Shown: positions 37,705 through 47,136 of the stretch, piece by piece | Numbering within the stretch: the first letter of the stretch is position 1 | How the letters are laid out: every line of letters begins with the position of its first letter | DNA from: Saprospirales bacterium | GTDB lineage: Bacteria; Bacteroidota; Bacteroidia; Chitinophagales; CAMDFR01 | Assembly (NCBI GenBank): GCA_947464015.1 | Contig: CANHVE010000001.1 | Location: 1-51,810, forward strand | Direction: 5' to 3' | DNA length: 51,810 nucleotides | The notes under the pieces: generated by a model | Database searches by the model: none | What the model saw: the letters and a program-made list of their open reading frames with translations, nothing else | What the model was told of the DNA's origin: nothing | Made by a program: the position numbers and the translations under genes

Positions 37705-40374
37705 ATGAAAAAAAATATACTGTTTTTTGGATTTTTATGGATGAGTTTGCAATTAATTGCGCAAACTCCAAGACCAACAGATGCTGAGCGTGTTTTATTA
37801 AATCCATTAGAAAAACCTTTTTACCATGGTATAGCAAGTGGTGATCCAACGCCATTTAGTGTGATGATATGGACTCGAATTACACCAGATAGTGGAGATA
37901 TAGGAGATGTAAAAGTTTTTTGGCAAATGGCAACAGATGTAAATTTTACCAATGTGGTCAATTACGGTTATGATTATGCCCGAGAATACAATGACTATAC
38001 CTTGAAACATGATGTGTGCGGCTTAGTGCCTAATACATATTATTACTATATGTTTAAAGCATTAGCTAAAAATTCAATCATAGGACGAACAAAAACAGCA
38101 CCACTTGGAGATAATGATAGTGCACGTTTTGCTGTTGTATCTTGTTCTAATTGGGAGCATGGTTATTTTCATGCCTATAAAGAAATTGCTCAACGCAATG
38201 ATTGTGATGGAGTGATACATTTAGGCGATTATATTTATGAATATGAAACAGGTGGTTTTAGTGCGGGTATCACTGATAGAACGAATCAGCCATTGAACGA
38301 AATTATAACGTTAGAAGATTACAGAACGAGACATTCGCATTATAAATTAGATAGTGATTTAAAACGATTACATCAATTGTTACCTTTTATTACAGAATGG
38401 GATGATCATGAAACAGCAAATGATTCATATAGAGATGGAGCAGATAATCATACTCCTGGATTAGAAGGCGATTGGCAAGTGCGCAAACGTAATGGGGTGG
38501 AGGCGTATAATGAATGGATGCCATTTAGAAAACCAGATCCTTTAGATACCATTCGTATATGGAGAAAAATACAATATGGTGATTTATTAGATTTAATCAT
38601 GATTGATTCAAGATTATATGATAGAGACGAACAATCTATAGCCAATAGAAATGATGCTAGTAGAAAGTTACTTGGAAGTTTGCAAAAGAATTGGTTGAAA
38701 ACACAATTGAGTGATACTATATCGCGATATAAAATTTTATGTAATCAAGTGATGTTTGCACCTATGGAAATATTAGGTATTCCTATAAATGCAGATCAAT
38801 GGGATGGATATAATGCAGATAGACAAGATATAGAAGATCATATACGTTTAAATAATATTAAAAATTTAGTGGTTATTACAGGCGATATCCATACTTCCTG
38901 GGCGAATGATATACCTGGACCTGGCTATGTATCTGGAACTGGAGCAAATTCATTGGGAGTAGAATTTGTGACTACTAGTGTTACAAGTAGTAATTTCAAT
39001 TTACCTGTTTCAGAAACATTGATACGTACATTAAATCCGCATATGAAATATGTACGCTTAACAGATCATGGATATTCATTGTTAGATATTAATAAAGCGA
39101 GAGTACAAACAGATTATATGTACACAGTGCCAGTTGAGACACCTACTTATACAGCTAGTTGGGATAAGAGTTTTTATAAAAATAATAACGAAAATTTCCT
39201 ACGTTCAACTACTACACAATTAAGTGGACATATTATAAGTGCGGTTAATCCTCCTTTATTGCCCGATCAAAGTATTTATATGAATCAAGTAGAAGATTCA
39301 TTATACTATATATTAAATAAGAACTCAAGTAGAAGTTATTGTCTATTGCCAGATGCAGCAAACTGTGGAGGTTACACCATTTCATTATTAGATAGCACTA
39401 CCAATGGTCTTTTACAAAGAGGAGTACATGATTCGTGTGGAGTTTATTATCCTAATCATAATTTTACGGGAAATGATACAGCTCATTTTATCATTTGCCA
39501 AAACAATCCATATTATTGCGATACTGTTTTAGTTGTTTTTCAAGTGAATGGTTATATCAATAGAAGTTATGTGTTGGCTACTATTCAAATGGATAGTACG
39601 TATTCGAAATGTATTTCATTTGATGATTTATATGGTCCTATTTCAAGTGCATCTGTAGGGATATCTCCTCAACATGGAACAGCTACATTAGTTTCGGATA
39701 CTTGTCTTCAATATACACCAAACAGCTCTTTTTCAGGAGTGGATACGATTATGATTTATGCTTGTGACAGTATTGTGCCGGTGAAATGCGATACGGTTTA
39801 TTTTATAATAACGGTTAAACCCTATTATTCTACACAATATATTTATGCATATATCACTCCAGATAGTACTTATACCAATTGTGTTGGATTTGATGAATTA
39901 AGACCACCTTATACATCAAGTATTTTATATTACAATACTTCCCATTCTTTTAGTGTAATAAGTGCTGATACCTGCTTACAATATATACCTTCTGTAAGTT
40001 TTACGGGGAATGATACGTTAACGTTGATCGCTTGTAAATCGGGTACACCTTTGCGTTGTGACACTATAAAGTATATCATTAATGTAGATCAATCAAATGC
40101 GATACGTACAAATGAAGAAAACTTAGTTGTATTTGGTGTATATCCTAATCCATTTGATCATGAAGTATTAATTCAATATTATTTATACAAAAATTGCAGA
40201 ATGGATATTGAATTGATTGATGTAAATGGAAAGAAAATTATAAGTACCTATATCGATGGTAAAAAAGGAATAAATTATGGTAAGATATCAGGGGACGGTA
40301 TTGCTAAAGGCCAATATTTAATGATGTTGCGTGTAGGTAATGAAGTTTATTCTAAAAAAATTGTAAAACAATAA
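37705..40374 (+). CDS. phoD: PhoD-family alkaline phosphatase with three Ig-like repeats and T9SS CTD
   Basis: FYHGIASGDP, VSCSNW, HLGDYIYE, WDDHE, DQWDGY, TGDIH; CTD VYPNPF..KGQYLM..KKIVK. Confidence 0.92.
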   Translation: MKKNILFFGFLWMSLQLIAQTPRPTDAERVLLNPLEKPFYHGIASGDPTPFSVMIWTRITPDSGDIGDVKVFWQMATDVNFTNVVNYGYDYAREYNDYTLKHDVCGLVPNTYYYYMFKALAKNSIIGRTKTAPLGDNDSARFAVVSCSNWEHGYFHAYKEIAQRNDCDGVIHLGDYIYEYETGGFSAGITDRTNQPLNEIITLEDYRTRHSHYKLDSDLKRLHQLLPFITEWDDHETANDSYRDGADNHTPGLEGDWQVRKRNGVEAYNEWMPFRKPDPLDTIRIWRKIQYGDLLDLIMIDSRLYDRDEQSIANRNDASRKLLGSLQKNWLKTQLSDTISRYKILCNQVMFAPMEILGIPINADQWDGYNADRQDIEDHIRLNNIKNLVVITGDIHTSWANDIPGPGYVSGTGANSLGVEFVTTSVTSSNFNLPVSETLIRTLNPHMKYVRLTDHGYSLLDINKARVQTDYMYTVPVETPTYTASWDKSFYKNNNENFLRSTTTQLSGHIISAVNPPLLPDQSIYMNQVEDSLYYILNKNSSRSYCLLPDAANCGGYTISLLDSTTNGLLQRGVHDSCGVYYPNHNFTGNDTAHFIICQNNPYYCDTVLVVFQVNGYINRSYVLATIQMDSTYSKCISFDDLYGPISSASVGISPQHGTATLVSDTCLQYTPNSSFSGVDTIMIYACDSIVPVKCDTVYFIITVKPYYSTQYIYAYITPDSTYTNCVGFDELRPPYTSSILYYNTSHSFSVISADTCLQYIPSVSFTGNDTLTLIACKSGTPLRCDTIKYIINVDQSNAIRTNEENLVVFGVYPNPFDHEVLIQYYLYKNCRMDIELIDVNGKKIISTYIDGKKGINYGKISGDGIAKGQYLMMLRVGNEVYSKKIVKQ

Positions 40375-40496
40375 AGGATCTGTAAATTCGTTTAAATACT
40401 AGTTGTTATCGACTGGTATATTAAAACATTTTAGTGTGAATAAATCAGCTCTAGATAGCTAGACTTATTTATTTACTTTGCAGAAACTTATATAAA

Positions 40497-41972
40497 TTGA
40501 ATTCCATACTTTTATTAATTATTGTATTAGTCTATTTTGCTGCACTATTAGTGATTGCTTATTATGCATCAAAAGGGGCTACAAATGAATCTTTTTTTAT
40601 TGGGAAGAAAAATTCATCTTGGTTATTAGTAGCATATGGTATGATTGGTACTTCATTAAGTGGAGTAACTTTTATGAGTGTACCGGGTGGAGTAAATGCT
40701 GGTCATTTTGGCTACTTGCAAGTGGTGATAGGTTATTTAATTGGATATATGGTAGTAGCATTTGTTCTTTTACCCTTGTATTATAAATTAAATTTAACTT
40801 CTATATATAGTTATTTAGAAAATAGATTTGGAATTGCAGCATATAAAACAGGGGCCTCTTTTTTTATATTATCCCGAACATTAGGTGCAACTATTCGTAT
40901 TTATTTAGTGATAAAAACGCTGCAAATTATTATACTTAATGATTTAGGAATTCCATTTGCATTAACCGTATTTGTTATCTTATTGATGATATTATTATAT
41001 ACTTATAAAGGAGGTGTAAAAACAATCGTCATTACGGATACGTTACAAACTACATTCATGTTATTAGCATTGGTTGTAACAGTTGGTGTAATCATGTCGC
41101 ATTTAAATTTTTCTTTTAGTGATTTAACTTCTACTTTACAAGCAAAAGGCTATTCACAAGTATTTCATTATGATTGGAAAGCCAAAAACTATTTTCTTAA
41201 ACATATTATTGGAGGTATGTTTATTACTATTGCTATGACAGGCTTAGACCAAGAGATGATGCAAAAAAATATTAGTTGTAAAAGTTTAGGAGATGCACAA
41301 AAAAATATGATCGTTTTTAGTAGTATTTTATTATTTGTGAATTTATTGTTTCTTATATTAGGAGGAGTTCTCTATATCTATGCGGCACAAAACAATATTG
41401 CTTTACCTGCAAAAGGAGATGATTTGTTTCCATTAATTGCATTGAAATATTTATCACCAATAGTAGGCTTGATTTTTATTATTGGATTGATATCGGCATT
41501 GTTTCCTAGTGCTGATGGGGCTTTAACAGCACTCACTTCTTCTGTGTGTATTGATCTATTGAATTTAAAATCGCGTACTGATATGACCGATAAACACAAA
41601 GAATCGAGAAGGATAACAGTGCATTTATTATTGACATTATTATTTTTTATTTTAATTATTTTATGTAAGATAATAGATGACGGAAATATTTTAAATATTA
41701 TATTGACAGTAGCAGGATATACATATGGTCCATTATTAGGATTGTTTGCTTTTGGTATTATTACAAGAAAGCAAGTGTTGACATGGATGGTTCCTATTGT
41801 ATGTGTATTGTCTCCAATTATATGTTATGTATTAGATACTAATTCTGTGGCTTGGTTTCAGGGGTATGTATTTGGATTCGAATTATTATTTGTCAATGGA
41901 TTGATCACGTTTTTAGGTTTATATATCAGTTCATTTTTTATAAAAAAACAATTAGAAACTTCAATAAATTAA
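40497..41972 (+). CDS. Sodium:solute symporter (SSS/SLC5)
   Basis: Many TM helices; SLSGVTFMSVPG, GGVKTIVITDTLQT, GLDQEMMQK, YGPLLGLF. Confidence 0.92.
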   Translation: MNSILLLIIVLVYFAALLVIAYYASKGATNESFFIGKKNSSWLLVAYGMIGTSLSGVTFMSVPGGVNAGHFGYLQVVIGYLIGYMVVAFVLLPLYYKLNLTSIYSYLENRFGIAAYKTGASFFILSRTLGATIRIYLVIKTLQIIILNDLGIPFALTVFVILLMILLYTYKGGVKTIVITDTLQTTFMLLALVVTVGVIMSHLNFSFSDLTSTLQAKGYSQVFHYDWKAKNYFLKHIIGGMFITIAMTGLDQEMMQKNISCKSLGDAQKNMIVFSSILLFVNLLFLILGGVLYIYAAQNNIALPAKGDDLFPLIALKYLSPIVGLIFIIGLISALFPSADGALTALTSSVCIDLLNLKSRTDMTDKHKESRRITVHLLLTLLFFILIILCKIIDDGNILNIILTVAGYTYGPLLGLFAFGIITRKQVLTWMVPIVCVLSPIICYVLDTNSVAWFQGYVFGFELLFVNGLITFLGLYISSFFIKKQLETSIN

Positions 41973-41973
41973 T

Positions 41974-42675
41974 ATGGGTAACAAATCGATAACAGCGCCT
42001 AAAACATGGGCAGAAAGTGAACAAAAAGCTAGTAACTCTTGGATGATGTTTAAAATCATGAGTGAATTTGTTGAAGGGTTTGAGCGACTTGAAAATATTG
42101 GTCCGTGTATTTCTATATTTGGTTCGGCACGAACTAAGCCTGGAACGGAGTATTATGAAAAAGCAGTTGAAATTGCTAAAGCTCTTTCACAACAAGGCTT
42201 TGGAATAATTACGGGAGGAGGTCCAGGTATTATGGAAGCTGGGAATAAAGGAGCTAAAGAAGTAGGAAGTAAATCGGTAGGATTAAATATTGAATTGCCA
42301 TTTGAGCAATATGCCAATCCATATCTAGATTCGGATAAGGAATTTAATTTTAAATATTTCTTTGTGCGCAAGGTCATGTTTTTAAAATTTTCGCAAGGTG
42401 TAGTTTTATTACCAGGTGGATTTGGTACTCTTGATGAAATGTTTGAAACATTAACCTTAATTCAAACTAGAAAAATTAATAAAGTTCCTGTAGTATTATA
42501 TGGTAAAAAATATTGGAGTGGATTATTAAGTTGGTTGAAAGAAACGATGTGCGATACGGAGCAAAACATACATCCAGAAGATTTAGAATTAATGAAAATT
42601 ACTGATGATGTTGAAGAGATAGTAAAAATATTTAACGATCATTATAACGAGTCTGAATTAAGACCTAATTTTTAA
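41974..42675 (+). CDS. LOG family (TIGR00730) nucleotide phosphoribohydrolase
   Basis: FGSAR, TGGGPGIMEA, FFVRK, PGGFGTLDE. Confidence 0.93.
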   Translation: MGNKSITAPKTWAESEQKASNSWMMFKIMSEFVEGFERLENIGPCISIFGSARTKPGTEYYEKAVEIAKALSQQGFGIITGGGPGIMEAGNKGAKEVGSKSVGLNIELPFEQYANPYLDSDKEFNFKYFFVRKVMFLKFSQGVVLLPGGFGTLDEMFETLTLIQTRKINKVPVVLYGKKYWSGLLSWLKETMCDTEQNIHPEDLELMKITDDVEEIVKIFNDHYNESELRPNF

Positions 42676-42676
42676 T

Positions 42677-44365
42677 ATGAAATATAGCTGTTGTTTACTA
42701 TTGCTAATACTATTTGGCACAAGCATATCTGCTCAAAATTATCCTACTAAAGACTTTGTCCCACCTATGCATATTCCCTTGTATTTAGCTGGAGTATTTG
42801 GAGAATGTAGACCAACACATTTTCATGCAGGCATGGATATTAAAACCAATCAAGTGGAAGGCTTACCCGTATATAGTATTGGTGATGGATATGTGTCAAG
42901 AATCAAAGTGTCTGCTTTTGGTTATGGTAACGCTTTATATATTACACATACCAATGGGTATACTTCAGTATATGGACATTTGCAATCATTTAGAGCAGAT
43001 ATTGCCGCTTATGTAAAACAGAAGCAATATGAAAAAGAAACTTATGAAATTGATTTAGAATTAGCTCCCAATATCATCATTTGTAAAAAAGACGAACAAG
43101 TGGCTAAGAGTGGTAATACCGGGGGAAGTAGTGGTCCGCATCTGCATTTCGAAATTAGAGATAAAGAAGAGAATGCATTAAACCCTCAGTTGTTTGGAAT
43201 AAAAATTATAGATAATATCGCTCCTAGTATTTCGGGAGTGGCTATTTATAATGAAGATATGGATCGATTTGCTACGGTTCCAATTATATTAAATACAAAA
43301 TTAAAAGGTACTTATTTTGCTCCCATTAAAGATACTATCTTATTAAATTCTGATGCGATTGCATTTGGTGTTGAGGCCATTGATAGAATGAATAATAGTG
43401 CAGGCAATAATGGTTTATATGAAATACAAGTAAAGATTGACGGACAAGAACTCTATCATTTTACAATGAATAAATTTCATTTTGATGAAACCAGAAATGT
43501 ACTTGCTTATATAGATCAAAAAATAAAAAGTGTTTTCAGTAGATATTTTCAACGCTGTCATGTCTTGCCTAATCAATACTTTACACCTCAGAAAAATAAT
43601 TCAATCAATCGGGGAATATATACCATAAAAGATGAAGCCTATCATTTGGTAAGTATTGTGGTCAAAGACTTTCAACAAAATAGTAGTGAAGCTAAATTTT
43701 ATGTACGTAAAGATTATACTACTACCGTTTTTAAAAAATTAAAATATACGAACCAAACAGCTTTCTATGCTGCAAAAAAATATGATTATAAAACAGGGGA
43801 AGCTAGAATTATCATACCTGAATCTGCATTGTTTGATACAACTTACGTTAGTATTCAAAATAATAGTACTTCATTCTGTTCTGAAATATATACGATAGGT
43901 AAGCCGATGGATGCTTTTATGGTGCCCATAGAAATAGGATTAAAAGTTAAAAATGTAGCACCTGCTTATTATAACAAATGTATTTTAGTAGAAAAGTCAT
44001 CAGGCAAAACTATTGTCTGTGGTGGTAGGTACGAAGAGGGTTATATTATAGGTAAAACAAAGAATTTTGGTGTTTTTTCAATAGCGATTGATACAACTGC
44101 TCCTAGAATTATTCCATTAAATATTAGTGCTAATAAAGTCATGAATGCTGAGACATCCATACGTATTTCGATGTCAGATAACTTAAGTGGGATAAAAGAT
44201 TATGATGGATATATAGATGGGAAATGGGTATTATTTGAAAATAGTGGAAATGTTTTGAAATATAAATTTGATTTACCCCTTAGCCATAGTGAACATAAAT
44301 TAGAAATACATGTTATAGATGAGCGTATGAATGAAAATATATATGAAGTACGTTTTATTTATTAA
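42677..44365 (+). CDS. M23 family metallopeptidase, exported
   Basis: HFHAGMD (HxxxD), YGHL, SGNTGGSSGPHLHFEIR. Confidence 0.92.
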   Translation: MKYSCCLLLLILFGTSISAQNYPTKDFVPPMHIPLYLAGVFGECRPTHFHAGMDIKTNQVEGLPVYSIGDGYVSRIKVSAFGYGNALYITHTNGYTSVYGHLQSFRADIAAYVKQKQYEKETYEIDLELAPNIIICKKDEQVAKSGNTGGSSGPHLHFEIRDKEENALNPQLFGIKIIDNIAPSISGVAIYNEDMDRFATVPIILNTKLKGTYFAPIKDTILLNSDAIAFGVEAIDRMNNSAGNNGLYEIQVKIDGQELYHFTMNKFHFDETRNVLAYIDQKIKSVFSRYFQRCHVLPNQYFTPQKNNSINRGIYTIKDEAYHLVSIVVKDFQQNSSEAKFYVRKDYTTTVFKKLKYTNQTAFYAAKKYDYKTGEARIIIPESALFDTTYVSIQNNSTSFCSEIYTIGKPMDAFMVPIEIGLKVKNVAPAYYNKCILVEKSSGKTIVCGGRYEEGYIIGKTKNFGVFSIAIDTTAPRIIPLNISANKVMNAETSIRISMSDNLSGIKDYDGYIDGKWVLFENSGNVLKYKFDLPLSHSEHKLEIHVIDERMNENIYEVRFIY

Positions 44366-44383
44366 TTTAAATTACTTAACATA

Positions 44384-44845
44384 ATGACATCATTACAAGT
44401 AGGAGATAAGGCACCAGCAATTAATTCAATAGATGAAAATGGAAACCCAATCACTCTAACACAGTTTAAAGGAAAAAAAATTATTTTATATTTTTATCCT
44501 AAAGACGATACTCCAGGATGTACGAAAGAAGCATGTAGTTTTAGAGATAGTTATGCGGTATTACAAAAAAAAGGCTTTGTAGTTTTGGGGGTGAGTGTAG
44601 ATACTGAGAAGAAGCATCAAAAATTCATTCAAAAATATGAGCTTAACTTTCCTTTAATTGCGGATACAGATAAAAAGGTTGTAAATGATTATGGAGTATG
44701 GGGCTTGAAAAAATTTATGGGTAGAGAATATATGGGGACTAATCGTGTAACGTTTATTATTGATGAAAAAGGGAAAATAGAGCATATTATTACTAAAGTA
44801 GATACGGAGAATAGTGCTCAACAGCTATTGGATTTATATAAATAG
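44384..44845 (+). CDS. bcp: Thioredoxin-dependent thiol peroxidase Bcp
   Basis: LYFYPKDDTPGCTKEACSFRD. Confidence 0.95.
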   Translation: MTSLQVGDKAPAINSIDENGNPITLTQFKGKKIILYFYPKDDTPGCTKEACSFRDSYAVLQKKGFVVLGVSVDTEKKHQKFIQKYELNFPLIADTDKKVVNDYGVWGLKKFMGREYMGTNRVTFIIDEKGKIEHIITKVDTENSAQQLLDLYK

Positions 44846-44865
44846 CTGATTTTCAATCAATCTAT

Positions 44866-44898
44866 AAAAAAAGAGCCTTTGTTTTAGCAAAGGCTCTT
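44866..44898 (-). terminator. Intrinsic terminator oriented for a minus-strand transcript
   Basis: 11-bp stem aagagcctttg/caaaggctctt; U7 tract only on the minus strand. Confidence 0.8.
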
Positions 44899-44952
44899 GT
44901 ATAAAGAACTCCCAAAACCCAAAAAATTAATGTCGTCGGCAACGCTGACTAT
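44866..44952 (-). ncRNA. Candidate small regulatory RNA (about 88 nt)
   Basis: Bounded by an ECF-like promoter (44958-44986) and a minus-oriented terminator; no minus-strand ORF; 5' end inferred. Confidence 0.55.
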
Positions 44953-44957
44953 ATCAA

Positions 44958-44986
44958 TAGACTTTAAGAAGTAATAAGTGGTTGCA
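44958..44986 (-). promoter_or_regulatory. ECF sigma-type promoter candidate TGCAACC-N17-GTCTA
   Basis: Minus strand tgcaacc acttattacttcttaaa gtcta; AAC in -35 and GTC in -10 are typical ECF elements. Confidence 0.55.
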
Positions 44987-45166
44987 TGTTTCTTGATTTT
45001 TAACATTTATAAAAAATCACATACTTGTACATTAAGATATATTTCATTTTTAGTAGCTGTTATTTTTAAGAATTTATTACCTTTATCTGTTATTTATTTA
45101 AAAGTAAATAAGTAATATGGTTACTTTAAAAAAACGCATGAACTCGATCAGATAAAAAATATAAAG

Positions 45167-45619
45167 ATGAAAAAAACGATTATTTTTTTTAGTGTACTCA
45201 TACTAGGTATTTCATTAGTATACTTTAGTAACTCTTGCAAAAAAGACACTTTCCCATATGATGGAGTAAATGAACCTATAAGTTTTTGGTGGCCAGATAC
45301 CAATTGGATTAAATTACGTGAAGGAGATACTATTACTCCTACTATTAGATTGACAACAGATAGACCTATTGATTCATTTAGTTGTATGTATAATGTTTCT
45401 TCTAAATATCATGTGTTTAATCCGGCTTTAGATTTAATGAGTGAGGTGTACACGAAAAGATTTTATCCAGATACTAATAATTTACAAACTGTAGAAGAGC
45501 CATTTCAAATACCAAATGATACTACTATTGTGAAAACCGATGTAGTTCGATTGGTCTATACCATGTATGCTCGTAATAATCTTACTTATCAAAAAATATT
45601 ACGAATAGATATTAAATAA
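45167..45619 (+). CDS. Hypothetical lipoprotein
   Basis: Hydrophobic signal, SNSC then KKD; beta-rich mature part. Confidence 0.75.
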   Translation: MKKTIIFFSVLILGISLVYFSNSCKKDTFPYDGVNEPISFWWPDTNWIKLREGDTITPTIRLTTDRPIDSFSCMYNVSSKYHVFNPALDLMSEVYTKRFYPDTNNLQTVEEPFQIPNDTTIVKTDVVRLVYTMYARNNLTYQKILRIDIK

Positions 45620-45628
45620 TATATCAGT

Positions 45629-46276
45629 ATGAATAGAGATTTTCATGATATCTCCTCTATGAGGAAAAACTATGAATCGTCAGAACTCTTAGAAAGTAAT
45701 ACCCCTGAAAGTCCTTTTGAATTATTTAGCATTTGGTTTTTAGAAGCCAAAAATTCGTCGATTCATGAAGCAAATGCAATGGTATTGGCAACTTGTGATA
45801 GCGATTCGAAGCCTAGTGCACGAGTTGTATTATTAAAAAGTGTCTCAGCAGAAACAGGATTTAGTTTTTTTACGAATTATAGTAGTAGAAAAGGAGAGGA
45901 ATTAGCTAATAATCCATACGTGAGTATTGTTTTTTATTGGGATTTATTAGAGCGTCAAGTTCGAATTGAAGGACAAGTAGAAAAATTAGATGCACTCAGT
46001 AATGATACTTATTTTGAATCGCGTCCGATCGGAAGCCAAATAGGTGCCGTGATATCTCCTCAAAGTAAAAAGATAGAAAATAAGTACGTGCTACAATCTT
46101 TATATGATGAATTAGCACAACAAGACGGCAAAATTAAACGACCAGAAAATTGGGGTGGGTATACAGTAAAAGCCAATAAAATAGAGTTCTGGCAGGGTAG
46201 ACCTAACAGATTACATGATCGAATTGTGTATGATTTAATTGAAAATAACTGGATGAAATATAGGTTAGCGCCCTAA
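45629..46276 (+). CDS. pdxH: Pyridoxamine 5'-phosphate oxidase
   Basis: PSARVVLLK, FFTNYSSRKG, RQVRIEG, EFWQGRPNRLHDR. Confidence 0.97.
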   Translation: MNRDFHDISSMRKNYESSELLESNTPESPFELFSIWFLEAKNSSIHEANAMVLATCDSDSKPSARVVLLKSVSAETGFSFFTNYSSRKGEELANNPYVSIVFYWDLLERQVRIEGQVEKLDALSNDTYFESRPIGSQIGAVISPQSKKIENKYVLQSLYDELAQQDGKIKRPENWGGYTVKANKIEFWQGRPNRLHDRIVYDLIENNWMKYRLAP

Positions 46277-46295
46277 TATTTATCAAAGAAATTAA

Positions 46296-46475
46296 TTATT
46301 CTTTATCAGCTTTTTTCTTTGTAGCTGCTTTTTTAGCTGGAGCTTTTTTAGCTTTAGCTGGAGCTGTTTGAGTAGTAGCAGTTATTTCAGCAGCTTTTGT
46401 TCTTGCTGGTCTAATATTACCAAATGAACCTACAAAAGTTTTACCTTTAACTGTTCTTCTATCACCTCTTCCCAT
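46296..46475 (-). CDS. 30S ribosomal protein bTHX (Thx) with Ala/Lys/Pro-rich tail, 59 aa
   Basis: Not in ORF track. MGRGDRRTVKGKTFVGSFGNIRPARTKAAEITATTQTAPAKAKKAPAKKAATKKKADKE*; the N-terminus fits the Thx pattern G[KR]GD.[RK]T..GK...G[ST][YF]G..RP. Confidence 0.92.
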   Translation of the reverse strand: MGRGDRRTVKGKTFVGSFGNIRPARTKAAEITATTQTAPAKAKKAPAKKAATKKKADKE

Positions 46476-46567
46476 AATGAATTCTTATTTTTGTTAATTA
46501 TTTATGATGTAAATATACGAAATCTATCATTTAAAAAAGAGATTTTGGCTTATCTTTAATAATTAAT

Positions 46568-47032
46568 ATGATGGTGAACAAGAAAAAAGATTTTTTTGCC
46601 TTAGTTGGATTGCTAATATTGGTGCTGTTTTTAGCCGTTTCTTGTATGAATAAAAAAAGATGTCCTGGGGTGCATCGATATACTACACAAGCTGGAACTG
46701 GAAAAGAGCGAAAATTAAATAGTACAGGCATTTCAAATCCAAATCATAGTGCCAAATCAAAGAAAAAATATACTACAGCACGATATGGAGGCGCTGTTAC
46801 CGTTGATAGTCGACTGAAAGGAGGTGGTATGAATTATAGTGGTGGAATGTTAAAAGATAGGCGAGAAAGCCCTAATAATAGCGGAACTGGAGCTTGGACC
46901 AAGAAAAATAGAAATAAAGACAAACATAAGGCTAAAAGTGGTATTATCCCACATAATTTGAAAAAACCACCCAAACCTAAAAACCAAAAATCGGCTACTA
47001 AAAAAGTTACTAAAAAGAAGTATAAAGAATAA
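46568..47032 (+). CDS. Hypothetical very basic, low-complexity lipoprotein
   Basis: Signal peptide with LAVSC lipobox; K/R/G/S/N-rich mature region. Confidence 0.65.
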   Translation: MMVNKKKDFFALVGLLILVLFLAVSCMNKKRCPGVHRYTTQAGTGKERKLNSTGISNPNHSAKSKKKYTTARYGGAVTVDSRLKGGGMNYSGGMLKDRRESPNNSGTGAWTKKNRNKDKHKAKSGIIPHNLKKPPKPKNQKSATKKVTKKKYKE

Positions 47033-47136
47033 TTTATGCTAGCTCAAATACTGCATTTTTTTAATATGTAGTGTTTAAAAATTTTATCTATTTCCATAAT
47101 GTTAGTTCATAAAATTAATAGTATTTTAGCATCTCT

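Noticed and set aside
44839..44851. IHF-like site (minus AATCAG-CTAT-TTA)
   Set aside because: Matches WATCAR-N4-TTR, but such matches are expected by chance at this AT content.
44930..44974. 14-aa + strand ORF MSSATLTISIDFKK antisense to the candidate sRNA (type I toxin-antitoxin idea)
   Set aside because: The peptide is not a hydrophobic TM helix, no + strand promoter was seen between the hairpin and the ATG, and it overlaps the minus-strand promoter. Kept only as an alternative to test by Ribo-seq.
46531..46731. 66-aa minus-strand ORF upstream of bTHX
   Set aside because: Antisense to the lipoprotein ORF, which has a clear signal peptide and lipobox.
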